Shown here in pieces: positions 9,093 to 18,440 of a DNA stretch of 64,000 nucleotides. The notes under the pieces were generated by a model. It made no database searches. It had not been told where the DNA came from and worked only from the letters and a program-made list of their open reading frames with translations. Source of the stretch: Nitrososphaerales archaeon (GTDB lineage Archaea > Thermoproteota > Nitrososphaeria > Nitrososphaerales > JACPRH01); assembly GCA_030754585.1 (NCBI GenBank), contig JASMAB010000001.1:6523-70522 (forward strand), read 5' to 3'. A program made the translations under genes and the position numbers. Position 1 is the first letter of the stretch. Each line of letters begins with the position of its first letter.

Positions 9093-9839
9093 TCAAGAAT
9101 GAGGCTTTTTCTGAGATACCCATTTCTTATACATTGCATCCATCTTGGCAGCTCCCTCTACCAAAAAGTGATTTCTGCCAGTTAGTTTTAGGAAAATATT
9201 TGTATCTTTTGGGAGACATGTACCACCTATGCCATCTCTAGCTTCAAGAATGTTTACATTCCATTTTGTGTTACTAGCTCTTCTGACCTCTTCAAAATCT
9301 AGAGATAGATCTTCACAAACGATTCTTAGTTCCTCTGCAAACGCTATCTCCACAAACCGGTATGTGTTTTCAGTAAGTTTTGAAAGCTCAGCAGCCTCAA
9401 TATTAGAAACAGTATTCACAGGAATAGATAATTCATTATAAAACGTTTTGGCCTGAGATAAAGTATCTTTATCCACCGCTCCAAGAACACGTAATTGTTG
9501 GACACCGTGATTTTTTTGGTCTCCGTCCCAATATCTATGAGGACAATGAGCTATCTTTAGATCATGTTTTTCAGCTAGACTTCTACACAAACCAACCGGG
9601 ACAGTGCTCTCTATAAAAACCAAACTACCTGGACTAATGTTTGCACACACATCCGTGACGTTTTTGGTATTGACACAAATGACATAGATATCAGATTGTG
9701 CTACCGCAGTTGTTGTAGGAAATTCTTTAATGATTAAGGATCTTACATCAACACCGATTACTTGAAAACTTTTTTCTTTAATATGAAGGGCAGCTGGATA
9801 GCCGATAGTACCTAAACCAATTACACAAACTTTCTTCAA
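9093..9839 (-). CDS. short NDP-sugar dehydrogenase (UDP-glucose/GDP-mannose dehydrogenase family) lacking the C-terminal domain
   Basis: 248 aa. It has an N-terminal VIGLGTIGYP Rossmann motif and the catalytic-Cys motif GGTCLPKD. The protein ends about 40 aa after that motif. Confidence 0.7.
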   Translation of the reverse strand: MKKVCVIGLGTIGYPAALHIKEKSFQVIGVDVRSLIIKEFPTTTAVAQSDIYVICVNTKNVTDVCANISPGSLVFIESTVPVGLCRSLAEKHDLKIAHCPHRYWDGDQKNHGVQQLRVLGAVDKDTLSQAKTFYNELSIPVNTVSNIEAAELSKLTENTYRFVEIAFAEELRIVCEDLSLDFEEVRRASNTKWNVNILEARDGIGGTCLPKDTNIFLKLTGRNHFLVEGAAKMDAMYKKWVSQKKPHS

Positions 9840-10288
9840 CTATACCGCCAATTCAACTTTGCTGACATCAATTAATACTTTTAGATATATAGCTCTTAAC
9901 AATATCGCGATCCCAAAAACATGATAAGTATGTTGTGTGAACATGGGTTCAGACTGAGTGTTTTGGAAGAATATCTGTTTAACCGAACAACTGTCAAGTA
10001 TGTCTTCGATATACCGAAGTTATATATCTGAGTCCACGATGACAGCGACTAACTCGCACAAATAATTGAAAATGCGTATCAATGGGTACATATTATTCAC
10101 GATCTGGACAAGATTGCTAGTGTAATTTATGGGCACTACATGAAGGCACTTGAGTAGTAGTGAAAGTCTTTTACCCAGAGAGATTATGAGGGTCTACCGT
10201 AATTGATAGGTTGACGAAAAGGAGATAAACCATTGAAATAAAATTTTGTCGGTTTTTAGGAGTTCTAGAAAAATAGGATTGGAAGCGA

Positions 10289-11308
10289 TTGAGTAAAAGA
10301 AAGATCTTTGATGTAGCTCTACGAAAAATAACTATGACAAGATTAGGGTTATACCTAATTACGCCGCCTCTTTATTCACTCTCGATAGAGCCGACCAGCA
10401 GTTGCAACCTCGATTGTGTCATGTGTTATTCTAAGAAGGAGAAGAATGGGTTCATGAGCTGGTCATTATTCACAAAGATCATTGACGAAATTAAATCAAG
10501 AAAAGATATCGGCATCGGTTTAAATTTTAGTGGAGAGTCATTATTACATCCAAAATTTAAAGATATGCTAGAATACATCGCGTCAAGTGGGATACAGAAC
10601 ATCAGTTTAAACACCAATGGCCTTATTCTGACTTCGAAAATTGCTGAAACATTTCTGAACTGTTCAAAAGGCACGATGGTTTTTTCTATCGATGGTTTGG
10701 AGGAAACTTACAAAAAAATAAGGATAGGAAGCAACTACGAGAAAGTGATTCGAAATATTGAATTTTTACTACAGAGAAGAAAAGAAAAAGGAATATCAAA
10801 GCCGTATGCAGCAGTCAATCTAGTTAAGAGCAACCAAAGCCAGCAGGAGATTAACGATTACATTGCATATTGGATTGATAAAGTCGATTATGTTAGTACT
10901 GTAGAACAGCTGGGTCCTGATCTGAGAATTGTCTCGAAGAACGATGTTATCTCAAAGCAGCTGCAAAAGGGACGTATGCTCTGTCTATGGCCTTGGCGGT
11001 ACTTAGCTGTATGTTGGGATGGGCGCATCACTCTATGTTGCCATGATCTGGAAGGACGAGCCATCCTAGATGTCAATGCGAACGAAGGCATCAGTAAAAT
11101 CTGGGGAGGAGGTGAGTACAATAATGTCCGCTGGCAGCATTTCAAAAAAGATTTTTCATCGCTTGATCTCTGCCGGTCATGTGAAGCGTGGGTAGCCACA
11201 TATATCCCAAGTAAATTAAACAGATTAGACAATGGTATCTTTGTTTGGAGGAAAGGCCTGTCGACATATTATTCAAAAAGACCTGAATCGCTGGGCATCA
11301 AACCTTAA
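10289..11308 (+). CDS. radical SAM enzyme with C-terminal Cys-rich (SPASM/twitch-like) extension
   Basis: 339 aa. CNLDCVMC is a CX3CX2C cluster motif. The C-terminal cysteines are CLWPWRYLAVCWDGRITLCCHD and CRSCEAW. The start is TTG, with an alternative ATG at 10334. Confidence 0.8.
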   Translation: MSKRKIFDVALRKITMTRLGLYLITPPLYSLSIEPTSSCNLDCVMCYSKKEKNGFMSWSLFTKIIDEIKSRKDIGIGLNFSGESLLHPKFKDMLEYIASSGIQNISLNTNGLILTSKIAETFLNCSKGTMVFSIDGLEETYKKIRIGSNYEKVIRNIEFLLQRRKEKGISKPYAAVNLVKSNQSQQEINDYIAYWIDKVDYVSTVEQLGPDLRIVSKNDVISKQLQKGRMLCLWPWRYLAVCWDGRITLCCHDLEGRAILDVNANEGISKIWGGGEYNNVRWQHFKKDFSSLDLCRSCEAWVATYIPSKLNRLDNGIFVWRKGLSTYYSKRPESLGIKP

Positions 11309-11357
11309 GGGTGAACCTGCGTAATGTGTTATGAAGTAAAGGGAAAATGAAAGAATT

Positions 11358-12410
11358 ATGAAGATTTTACATGTGGGAATTTGGCAGGATGATGAGGTAG
11401 GTGAAGTGATGCTGGAGAAGGGATTATTACTAAATGGGCATGAAGTGTCCAGATTTGATTATCGTGGACTAGCCTCTAAATTTGGTATAGAAGGAATGAA
11501 CAACATGATAATAGACCAGGCTACAAAGATGAACTGCGAAATGGTATTCATCGGAAAAGGAGAATTAGTAAATAGAAAAACATTACATAAATTGAGGAAA
11601 AAAGGCATAATTGTTACATTATGGTATGGTGATTATAGGAAACCTCCGAATAATTGGTTAATAGATAATTTGCATGAAACTGACTTTTTCTTTTCAACAT
11701 CTGGTGGATCTACTTTGCAGTCATACTTTGAAAAAGGTTCTCCAGGAGTTGCCTCTTTTTTTATTGTGCCATCTGACCCTGAATTATCAATGAAATGGCG
11801 TTTTTACCCACGCGGTACAAAAGATATTGTATTCACTGGCTCGAATCATAATTTAGGAGGTTTTGGGATAGGCGGTCTAGAGAGGAATCAAACAATTGAC
11901 TATTTAACAACTAGAGATGACGTAGAGTTTTGGGGATATTATAAAAGCACTAATAACTATAAAAATCAATTAATGAGATTTTTGGAAAGACTTACACAAA
12001 GTAGGTTTCACAGTAAATGGATTAGCGGTGATGAATACATTCGTGCAATAATTAGCGCGAAGATTGGAGTGGGAGTTTCTTTAGTGCAAAATATTCAGAA
12101 ATATTCAAGCGTGAGATTGCAACATTATTTGATGTTCGGAACATTTTATTTGGCTTGGCACTTTCCACAAATTGAAGAATTGTTCAATGTTGGTAGGGAA
12201 TTGGTTTGTTTTCACAACATAAAAGAACTTGAGGATAATATTGATTATTATTTAGTGAATGACAAAGAAAGAGAAACTATCGCAAAGAATGGACAATCAG
12301 CTATGATCTACCGCTACAATACTAAAAATATTATGGGGATGATACTAGATGTTATCGAAAAGGGCAGTTCTCAGAGATTTCCATGGATTGAAATTTTATC
12401 GAATAAGTGA
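11358..12410 (+). CDS. glycosyltransferase-like protein (CgeB / Glyco_trans_1_2-like)
   Basis: 350 aa. The C-terminal part (ELVCFHNIKELEDNIDYYLVNDKERETIAKNGQSAMIYRYN) resembles CgeB-type GT-B C-domains. This is a family-level call only. Confidence 0.55.
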   Translation: MKILHVGIWQDDEVGEVMLEKGLLLNGHEVSRFDYRGLASKFGIEGMNNMIIDQATKMNCEMVFIGKGELVNRKTLHKLRKKGIIVTLWYGDYRKPPNNWLIDNLHETDFFFSTSGGSTLQSYFEKGSPGVASFFIVPSDPELSMKWRFYPRGTKDIVFTGSNHNLGGFGIGGLERNQTIDYLTTRDDVEFWGYYKSTNNYKNQLMRFLERLTQSRFHSKWISGDEYIRAIISAKIGVGVSLVQNIQKYSSVRLQHYLMFGTFYLAWHFPQIEELFNVGRELVCFHNIKELEDNIDYYLVNDKERETIAKNGQSAMIYRYNTKNIMGMILDVIEKGSSQRFPWIEILSNK

Positions 12411-12600
12411 AATTATGAAGATACTGCTGAATAAAAGTCCTGCATCAATGGAGTTCTTGATTAGTTCGTGTTTGTTTTCCTTTTTATATCCTGAATATTT
12501 TTTACAGTAATTTCTGTCAAGACTTCATAAAAGTATGTTTTACTTCACATATCAGGCAACTCATTGAGACTTGAGAGACCACCAAAAAACCAAAGAATTA

Positions 12601-12996
12601 TTACCGCTTCGTCCACTTTTCGAGTAAAGCAGCTGCCTCACTATTCTTATCTTCTATAAGGTAAGTAAGGGCTGTAGCGAAATCAGTGTAGAAGGGATTC
12701 TGTTTTGTTGCAACTGATACTTCTCCGGGAAATACGTCAGATCGCCTCATATACCAGTGACCTAATAGCGTAATCGTTAATGGATAGGAGATAATGAATA
12801 GTGTGAGGAAGATAGTGTAGTTAGGAAAAGCAACTTCCAGAGATGGGATGCTCTCGATAAGGAGGTAATACCACAAGGCCGTTTGAGTGACGAACCAAGG
12901 AATGTAAATGAGTAAACTGTGCCCTGTGGTAAAGTAGAGCTTGACCCTACCAATGAATTTTTGATTCACTACTACCACTCTAACCCTTTTCGCCAA
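12601..12996 (-). CDS. small membrane protein, paralogue A (unknown function)
   Basis: 131 aa with two hydrophobic helices and a soluble tail. It is clearly homologous to the neighbouring gene (GRVKLYFTTGHSLLIYIPWFVTQT.. versus GRLKLYFTSGHSLVLYIPWFITQT..). Confidence 0.6.
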   Translation of the reverse strand: MAKRVRVVVVNQKFIGRVKLYFTTGHSLLIYIPWFVTQTALWYYLLIESIPSLEVAFPNYTIFLTLFIISYPLTITLLGHWYMRRSDVFPGEVSVATKQNPFYTDFATALTYLIEDKNSEAAALLEKWTKR

Positions 12997-13028
12997 CTTG
13001 GCAGAATATTAGTGACATTGAACATCAT

Positions 13029-13412
13029 TTACTCAGTTGACCATTTTTCAAGAATCTTGAGTGCTTCATGATTCTTACCTTCAGCGTAGCATTTGACCGC
13101 TTTTGCTAAGTCTGTATTATAGGGGTTCTGTCTTATACTTGTAGACGATTCGGAGGCGTACAGACTGGTTCGCTTCAAATACCAGTAACCCAATAAGATG
13201 GCGCCAGCCGGGTAAATAGTACTGAAGAGTATGAAGAAGATATAGAAACGTGAAAAATAAATCTCTAGAACTGGGGCATTCTGGATAACAAGATAGTAAG
13301 TTACAGTCGTCTGTGTGATGAACCAAGGGATGTAGAGAACAAGACTGTGCCCACTGGTAAAGTAGAGCTTAAGTCTGCCAAAAACCCGTTCAATATTCTT
13401 TTTATCCACCAT
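13029..13412 (-). CDS. small membrane protein, paralogue B (unknown function)
   Basis: 127 aa tandem paralogue of 12601..12996. Shared motifs include KQNP(F/Y), GKN.EA and LEKW. Confidence 0.6.
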   Translation of the reverse strand: MVDKKNIERVFGRLKLYFTSGHSLVLYIPWFITQTTVTYYLVIQNAPVLEIYFSRFYIFFILFSTIYPAGAILLGYWYLKRTSLYASESSTSIRQNPYNTDLAKAVKCYAEGKNHEALKILEKWSTE

Positions 13413-13524
13413 TCTACCGCCACCTAAACCACCGTAGACTCCTTATCATGTCATTAATAAATCAGAGATAAGATAATAAGGTTTTATTATGCATAACGAA
13501 TAGGTATGTGAAACTAGTAACATA

Positions 13525-14529
13525 ATGAAAATAATACATATTGGAAATATTGCAAACGTGTCTTATCTTCTCTGTCATGGTCTAACTACAGAATATAATA
13601 TTGATACCATGCTAGCAGTTAAAGATGAACCGATAAATTTTCCCTTTATTTACAGTAAGAACAATAATCCATATCAAGTTAACTTTTTTGTTTTCAAGAC
13701 ACAACGAGATTACTTCAATTTACTATCTGAAGCGTTAACCGCTGACATTCTGCAATTTCATGGAAGAATAAAAGCTAAACAGTTACCTCTGGAATTATTA
13801 CATCCAAGGAAAATAAGGCATTTTCATGGCTCCGATATTCGAAACCAGTCTTGGAGAAAGAACATATTGTTAAAGACAGGTTCAAGCATAGTCAGAGAAA
13901 AAGTATTGATTTCAACATTTGATTTGGTTAATTCTTGGAATGATGCACAATATCTACCAAACCCTGTAGATCCAATTTTTTTCAAAGCCTTTTCTTCACA
14001 GGACGACTATTCCATTTTCTTACCTGCCAGATTTGAAAACCAAACAAAAGGAATTCAATTCGCATTTGAAGCTTGGGACAGAATTAAAAGATTGAATAAA
14101 GAAGTGAAATTGAAAGTAATATGTTGGGGAGAGGATCTGGAATATTATCGGGTGAAGTATAAGAATGATGAAAGGATAAAGTGGATACAAACATTAAATC
14201 AATCACAAATGGCGATTGAGATGGTGAATAGCTCAATAATTTGGGGGCAATTCAAGATCATGTCCTTAGTTGGATTAATTGAATTGGAGGCCATGGCATT
14301 AGCAAAAGTAGTAATGATGAAATTTGAGGAACCCAAGATAGCGGAGTATAAGCCACCAATATGTAATGTTAATACACCTAAGGACCTCGCTCAGAAGACT
14401 TTGCAACTTTTGGGAGATGAAGGCCGCAGGAATAGAATAGGTCAACAGGCTCAAGAATGGGTAAAGAAAAATCATAGTTTAAAGAATGTAACACGTAAAC
14501 TTGTAGATATTTACAATAACCTAATTTAA
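13525..14529 (+). CDS. glycosyltransferase, GT-B fold (GT4-like)
   Basis: 334 aa. LPNPVDPIFF sits at the GT4 NGVD position, and GLIELEAMALAKVVM is in the EX7E-region context. Confidence 0.6.
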   Translation: MKIIHIGNIANVSYLLCHGLTTEYNIDTMLAVKDEPINFPFIYSKNNNPYQVNFFVFKTQRDYFNLLSEALTADILQFHGRIKAKQLPLELLHPRKIRHFHGSDIRNQSWRKNILLKTGSSIVREKVLISTFDLVNSWNDAQYLPNPVDPIFFKAFSSQDDYSIFLPARFENQTKGIQFAFEAWDRIKRLNKEVKLKVICWGEDLEYYRVKYKNDERIKWIQTLNQSQMAIEMVNSSIIWGQFKIMSLVGLIELEAMALAKVVMMKFEEPKIAEYKPPICNVNTPKDLAQKTLQLLGDEGRRNRIGQQAQEWVKKNHSLKNVTRKLVDIYNNLI

Positions 14530-14553
14530 TCGCCAGTATTGCTTAGATTTAGA

Positions 14554-15816
14554 TTATGTAGAAGATGGTTCTTCAAGCCATCTATCATATTTAACCAGGA
14601 GGTTGAGTGATTTCTCGATTGCATCAATATCTGCTTCTACTTCTATTGGTTTTCCGAAAACACGAGTTATAACGTCGGCATCTTTAAGTCCGTGCCCGGT
14701 TGCCACACAAACAATAGAATCTGATTTATTGATTACTCCTTGATCCAGCAGTTTCTTAAGTGAGGCAATTGGTGTTGCACTTGCTGGTTCTGCGAATATC
14801 CCTTCCGTTTGCGCCAAGAGACGTTGTGCATCGAGTATCTCTTGATCCGTCACAGTCTCAGCGTAACCATTAGATTCATATATTGAATTTAGTGCTTTCC
14901 TCCAGCTCACTGGATTGCCAATTCGTATTGCGGTTGCTACAGTTTCTGGGAATAATATAGGTTCCACCCTTATCTTCTTCTTTCGATAAGCATTAACTAT
15001 GGGTGAGGCTCCCTCCGCCTGGATTCCTATCATCCGAGGCTTAGAATTAGTCAAGCCAACTGCTTCAAACTCGTTGAATCCTTTCCAAGCCGCACTGATA
15101 TTCCCAGCATTACCTACTGGCATCACCATACAGTCAGGAGGAACACCTAGCTGTTCAGACACTTCAAAGGCGATAGTTTTCTGGCCTTCTATTCTAAATG
15201 GGTTTATCGAGTTTAGAAGATATATCTGATTGTTTCTCTCGCAGAGTTGGAACACCATATCAAGAGAATCGTCAAAGTTACCTTTCACTTGAATTAATCT
15301 TGCACCATGAGCTATAGCTTGAGCAAGTTTTCCTACGCCTATCTTTCCAGCAGGAACCAAAACTATACATTGCTTCCCGGATTTAGCAGCATATGCTGCA
15401 AGAGATGCGGATGTATTCCCCGTAGAGGCACATATCACGATGCTTACACCAAGCTCTCTAGCTTTGCTAACACCCACAGTCATTCCACGGTCTTTGAATG
15501 AACCGGTAGGATTTTCACCTTCAAACTTAATAAAAAGTTTTTTCAGTCCAATCTTTTCAGCAAGCCGTTTACATCTGTGCAGACCCGTGCCACCCTCGTT
15601 TAAAGTAACTATGTTTATTTTGTCTTTTATGGGTAGGAAATCTATGTATCTCCATACTGATAGAGATCTACCTTTCCATTTGTCTGTACTTATTTTATTG
15701 CGTAATTCTTCAATATCAGTTACAACTTCAAGTATTCCATCACATTTTCCACATTTGTAAATGATTTCATCTATATCATAAGTAGTACCACATTCAATGC
15801 ATTTCAGATGAGTCAT
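14554..15816 (-). CDS. thrC: threonine synthase
   Basis: 420 aa. It has an N-terminal zinc ribbon (CIECGT..CGKCDG) and the PLP-lysine motif GSFKDRG, and is tryptophan-synthase-beta-like. Confidence 0.9.
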   Translation of the reverse strand: MTHLKCIECGTTYDIDEIIYKCGKCDGILEVVTDIEELRNKISTDKWKGRSLSVWRYIDFLPIKDKINIVTLNEGGTGLHRCKRLAEKIGLKKLFIKFEGENPTGSFKDRGMTVGVSKARELGVSIVICASTGNTSASLAAYAAKSGKQCIVLVPAGKIGVGKLAQAIAHGARLIQVKGNFDDSLDMVFQLCERNNQIYLLNSINPFRIEGQKTIAFEVSEQLGVPPDCMVMPVGNAGNISAAWKGFNEFEAVGLTNSKPRMIGIQAEGASPIVNAYRKKKIRVEPILFPETVATAIRIGNPVSWRKALNSIYESNGYAETVTDQEILDAQRLLAQTEGIFAEPASATPIASLKKLLDQGVINKSDSIVCVATGHGLKDADVITRVFGKPIEVEADIDAIEKSLNLLVKYDRWLEEPSST

Positions 15817-15947
15817 AGTTAATCAGGGACCTAAACTTTCGACATATAGAAACAGATGTATGATTATTAGTCTTACGGCATACTATTGAATTAAGCAAGG
15901 GTAAAGGCAAAATACATCTAAGATTTGATACAAGCCACTGAACAGCA

Positions 15948-16955
15948 ATGAGACTAATCTTAATAGGATATGGAGTAGTGGCACAGAGTCTTACTAAGAT
16001 ACTTACAGTAAGGAAACAAGAGATTTTGGAAAGGCACGGTATGCATCCAAGGGTAGTAGCTATTGTAGATAAAGGCGGATTGGCCTTGAATACCAAAGGT
16101 CTTGATCTTGAGAGAGTTGAATCTATTAAGAAGAAATATGGGACAGTTGCTTCAATCCCTGAATACGGAAGACCAGGAAAACCTGCACAAGATATCATAG
16201 GAAGTCTAGATGCAGAAGTGGTGATTGAAGCAACACCAACAAACTTGGAAACAGGGGAACCAGGCACATCACATATAGAAGAAGCTCTGAAGGCCGGAAA
16301 GCACGTAATAACTGTGAATAAAGGGCCCTTAGCGCTGGCACTTCCAGCACTCACAGAAATGGCGACATACAACGGCGTACATTTACGGTTTAGTGGAACA
16401 GTAGGTGGTGGAACACCAATTCTAGATTTTGGAAGAAATTGTTTATCGTTTGATAGATTATTATCTATAGAAGGTATATTGAATGGCTCAACTAACTACA
16501 TGCTCACAGAAATGGAAAAGCATGGTTCAACCTTCGAAGAAGCATTGAATGAAGCACAAATTAAAGGATATGCTGAAGCTGATCCTTCATTAGATGTGGA
16601 TGGACTAGACGCTGCGGCTAAGCTTACAATTATGGCTAATTGGTTTACAGATAAAGATGTAACCTTAAAAGATATCTCTGTAGAAGGAATACGCGACATC
16701 AAACCTGAAGACCTAAAAGAGGCATCAAAACGAGGGTTCGCAATCAAATTAATTGGAAGGATAGATAAAAAAATGAAAGTAGGACCTACTGAATTAAAGA
16801 CGAGTGATCCTCTCTGCATAGGAGGAACTTTAAACGCAGTTAAATTTCATTCCGAATTTGCAGGAGATGAGATAATCATAGGAAAAGGAGCCGGAGGTCC
16901 AGAAACAGCAAGCTCGATTCTAAGAGATTTACTAAATATAAGGGAAAAAATGTAG
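15948..16955 (+). CDS. hom: homoserine dehydrogenase
   Basis: 335 aa. It has an N-terminal NAD(P) domain (LIGYGVVAQ) and catalytic-domain motifs LNGSTNYMLT and AEADPSLDVDGLDAAAKL. Confidence 0.9.
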   Translation: MRLILIGYGVVAQSLTKILTVRKQEILERHGMHPRVVAIVDKGGLALNTKGLDLERVESIKKKYGTVASIPEYGRPGKPAQDIIGSLDAEVVIEATPTNLETGEPGTSHIEEALKAGKHVITVNKGPLALALPALTEMATYNGVHLRFSGTVGGGTPILDFGRNCLSFDRLLSIEGILNGSTNYMLTEMEKHGSTFEEALNEAQIKGYAEADPSLDVDGLDAAAKLTIMANWFTDKDVTLKDISVEGIRDIKPEDLKEASKRGFAIKLIGRIDKKMKVGPTELKTSDPLCIGGTLNAVKFHSEFAGDEIIIGKGAGGPETASSILRDLLNIREKM

Positions 16956-16966
16956 GAGGTAGCAAA

Positions 16967-18370
16967 TTGAAAATAATTATGAAGTTCGGGGGTACATCTT
17001 TAGGCTCTGCAGATAAAGTTAGAAACGTATCTAAAATTGTGAAAGACTATTCAGTTAATAACCAGATAATACTAGTTGCATCTGCTCTCAGCGGTGTGAC
17101 AAATTCTCTAGTTAGATTAAGCGAGCTGGTTAAGACTAGCAACTCAGAAAAAATAGTAAATGAATTGGAGAAGTTAAGTGAGTTACATACAAATATTTCC
17201 AAGAATTCAATAAAAGATCCAAATATAGAAAATGAAGTCCTTGAAAGTATTTCATCTATTTTAGATGAATTAAAAAGGCTTCTTGAGGGAATTATATCAT
17301 TAGGAGAGATAACTCCACGATCAAGAGATCGGATTATATCATTCGGGGAAAGATTATCGGTACTCGTGGTCACAGGAGCACTCAAAGATATCGGAATAAA
17401 TGCGAAAAAATTCACTGGTGCTGAGGCTGGAATAGTTACAGATGAAGAATATGGAGAAGCTAATCCATTAATGAGCATCACTAAAATGAAAATATCCAAA
17501 ACTCTTCAACCCTTACTGAGCAAAGGTATTGTCCCTGTTGTAACAGGCTTTATGGCCGCTACACAAACTGGTGACATAACAACCCTAGGAAGAGGAGGAT
17601 CAGATTTTACTGCAACTATTCTAGGAGCAGCCATATCAGCTGATGAGGTGTGGATATGCACAGATGTAAATGGCATGATGACAACAGATCCAAAAATAAT
17701 GCCAAATGCAAGAACAATACCTCAACTCAGTTATTCAGAAGCTTTAGAGATGACTGTCTTTGGAGCGAAAGCACTTCATCCACGAGCCTTGGAACCAGCG
17801 CAAGAAAACAAGATATCTGTCAGGGTTAAGAACACCTTCAATCTATCAGGTTCAGATACCTTAATTTCTAATGATCAAAGTATCGTTAGAGGAAAAGTTG
17901 CAAAGTCTGTAGCCCTCATAAAAGACGTAGCAATGGTGAACATAGGAGGTGCAGGCATGGTTGGGAAACCAGGGATAGCAGCAAAGGTCTTTGATACATT
18001 TGCACGAGAAGGAATAAATATTCTTATGATATCACAGAGTGTCTCTGAAGCTAATATCAGCCTAGTAATCCGGAGAAATCATCTTGAGAAGGCCGTAAAT
18101 ACGCTTGAGATATCACTTCTTGGAAGAGGCTTTGTAAATAGTGTGAATGCAGAAGATGATGTAGGTGTAATAGCAGTAGTAGGCGCTGGAATGCAGGGAT
18201 CACAAGGGGTGGCTGCACGAGTTTTTAATGCATTAGCCAAAAAAGGAATTAATATCCGAATGATTGCACAAGGTTCCTCAGAACTAAATATTTCGATCGT
18301 TATAAAAGAGAAGAACTGCGAAAACGCGGTAAAGGCAATTCACGAAGAGTTCGAAATGGATACCCCCTAA
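16967..18370 (+). CDS. aspartate kinase with two ACT domains
   Basis: 467 aa. MKFGGTSLG is a kinase N-terminus (ATG at 16979 is an alternative to TTG at 16967), with LGRGGSD and duplicated C-terminal ACT repeats. Confidence 0.9.
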   Translation: MKIIMKFGGTSLGSADKVRNVSKIVKDYSVNNQIILVASALSGVTNSLVRLSELVKTSNSEKIVNELEKLSELHTNISKNSIKDPNIENEVLESISSILDELKRLLEGIISLGEITPRSRDRIISFGERLSVLVVTGALKDIGINAKKFTGAEAGIVTDEEYGEANPLMSITKMKISKTLQPLLSKGIVPVVTGFMAATQTGDITTLGRGGSDFTATILGAAISADEVWICTDVNGMMTTDPKIMPNARTIPQLSYSEALEMTVFGAKALHPRALEPAQENKISVRVKNTFNLSGSDTLISNDQSIVRGKVAKSVALIKDVAMVNIGGAGMVGKPGIAAKVFDTFAREGINILMISQSVSEANISLVIRRNHLEKAVNTLEISLLGRGFVNSVNAEDDVGVIAVVGAGMQGSQGVAARVFNALAKKGINIRMIAQGSSELNISIVIKEKNCENAVKAIHEEFEMDTP

Positions 18371-18440
18371 TAAATATCACAACTTTTTAGATATTTACAT
18401 ATTTTTATATAAAAGATCTATAATGAGATGAATAGATTAG

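Noticed and set aside
9840-10288. An unusually long (about 450 bp) divergent intergenic region with short open stretches, for example ..MISMLCEHGFRLSVLEEYLFNRTTVKYVFDIPKLYI* and ..LAQIIENAYQWVHIIHDLDKIASVIYGHYMKALE*. These might be debris of a lost gene, possibly methyltransferase-like.
   Set aside because: The fragments are too short and too unspecific for me to assign to any family by eye. A blastx of the region would be needed.
15794-16372. A 192-aa minus-strand ORF spanning the thrC/hom divergent region and the start of hom.
   Set aside because: It is antisense to a confidently identified homoserine dehydrogenase. It has odd composition (Ser/Cys/Pro/Ile-rich) and no motif. It is a typical shadow ORF.
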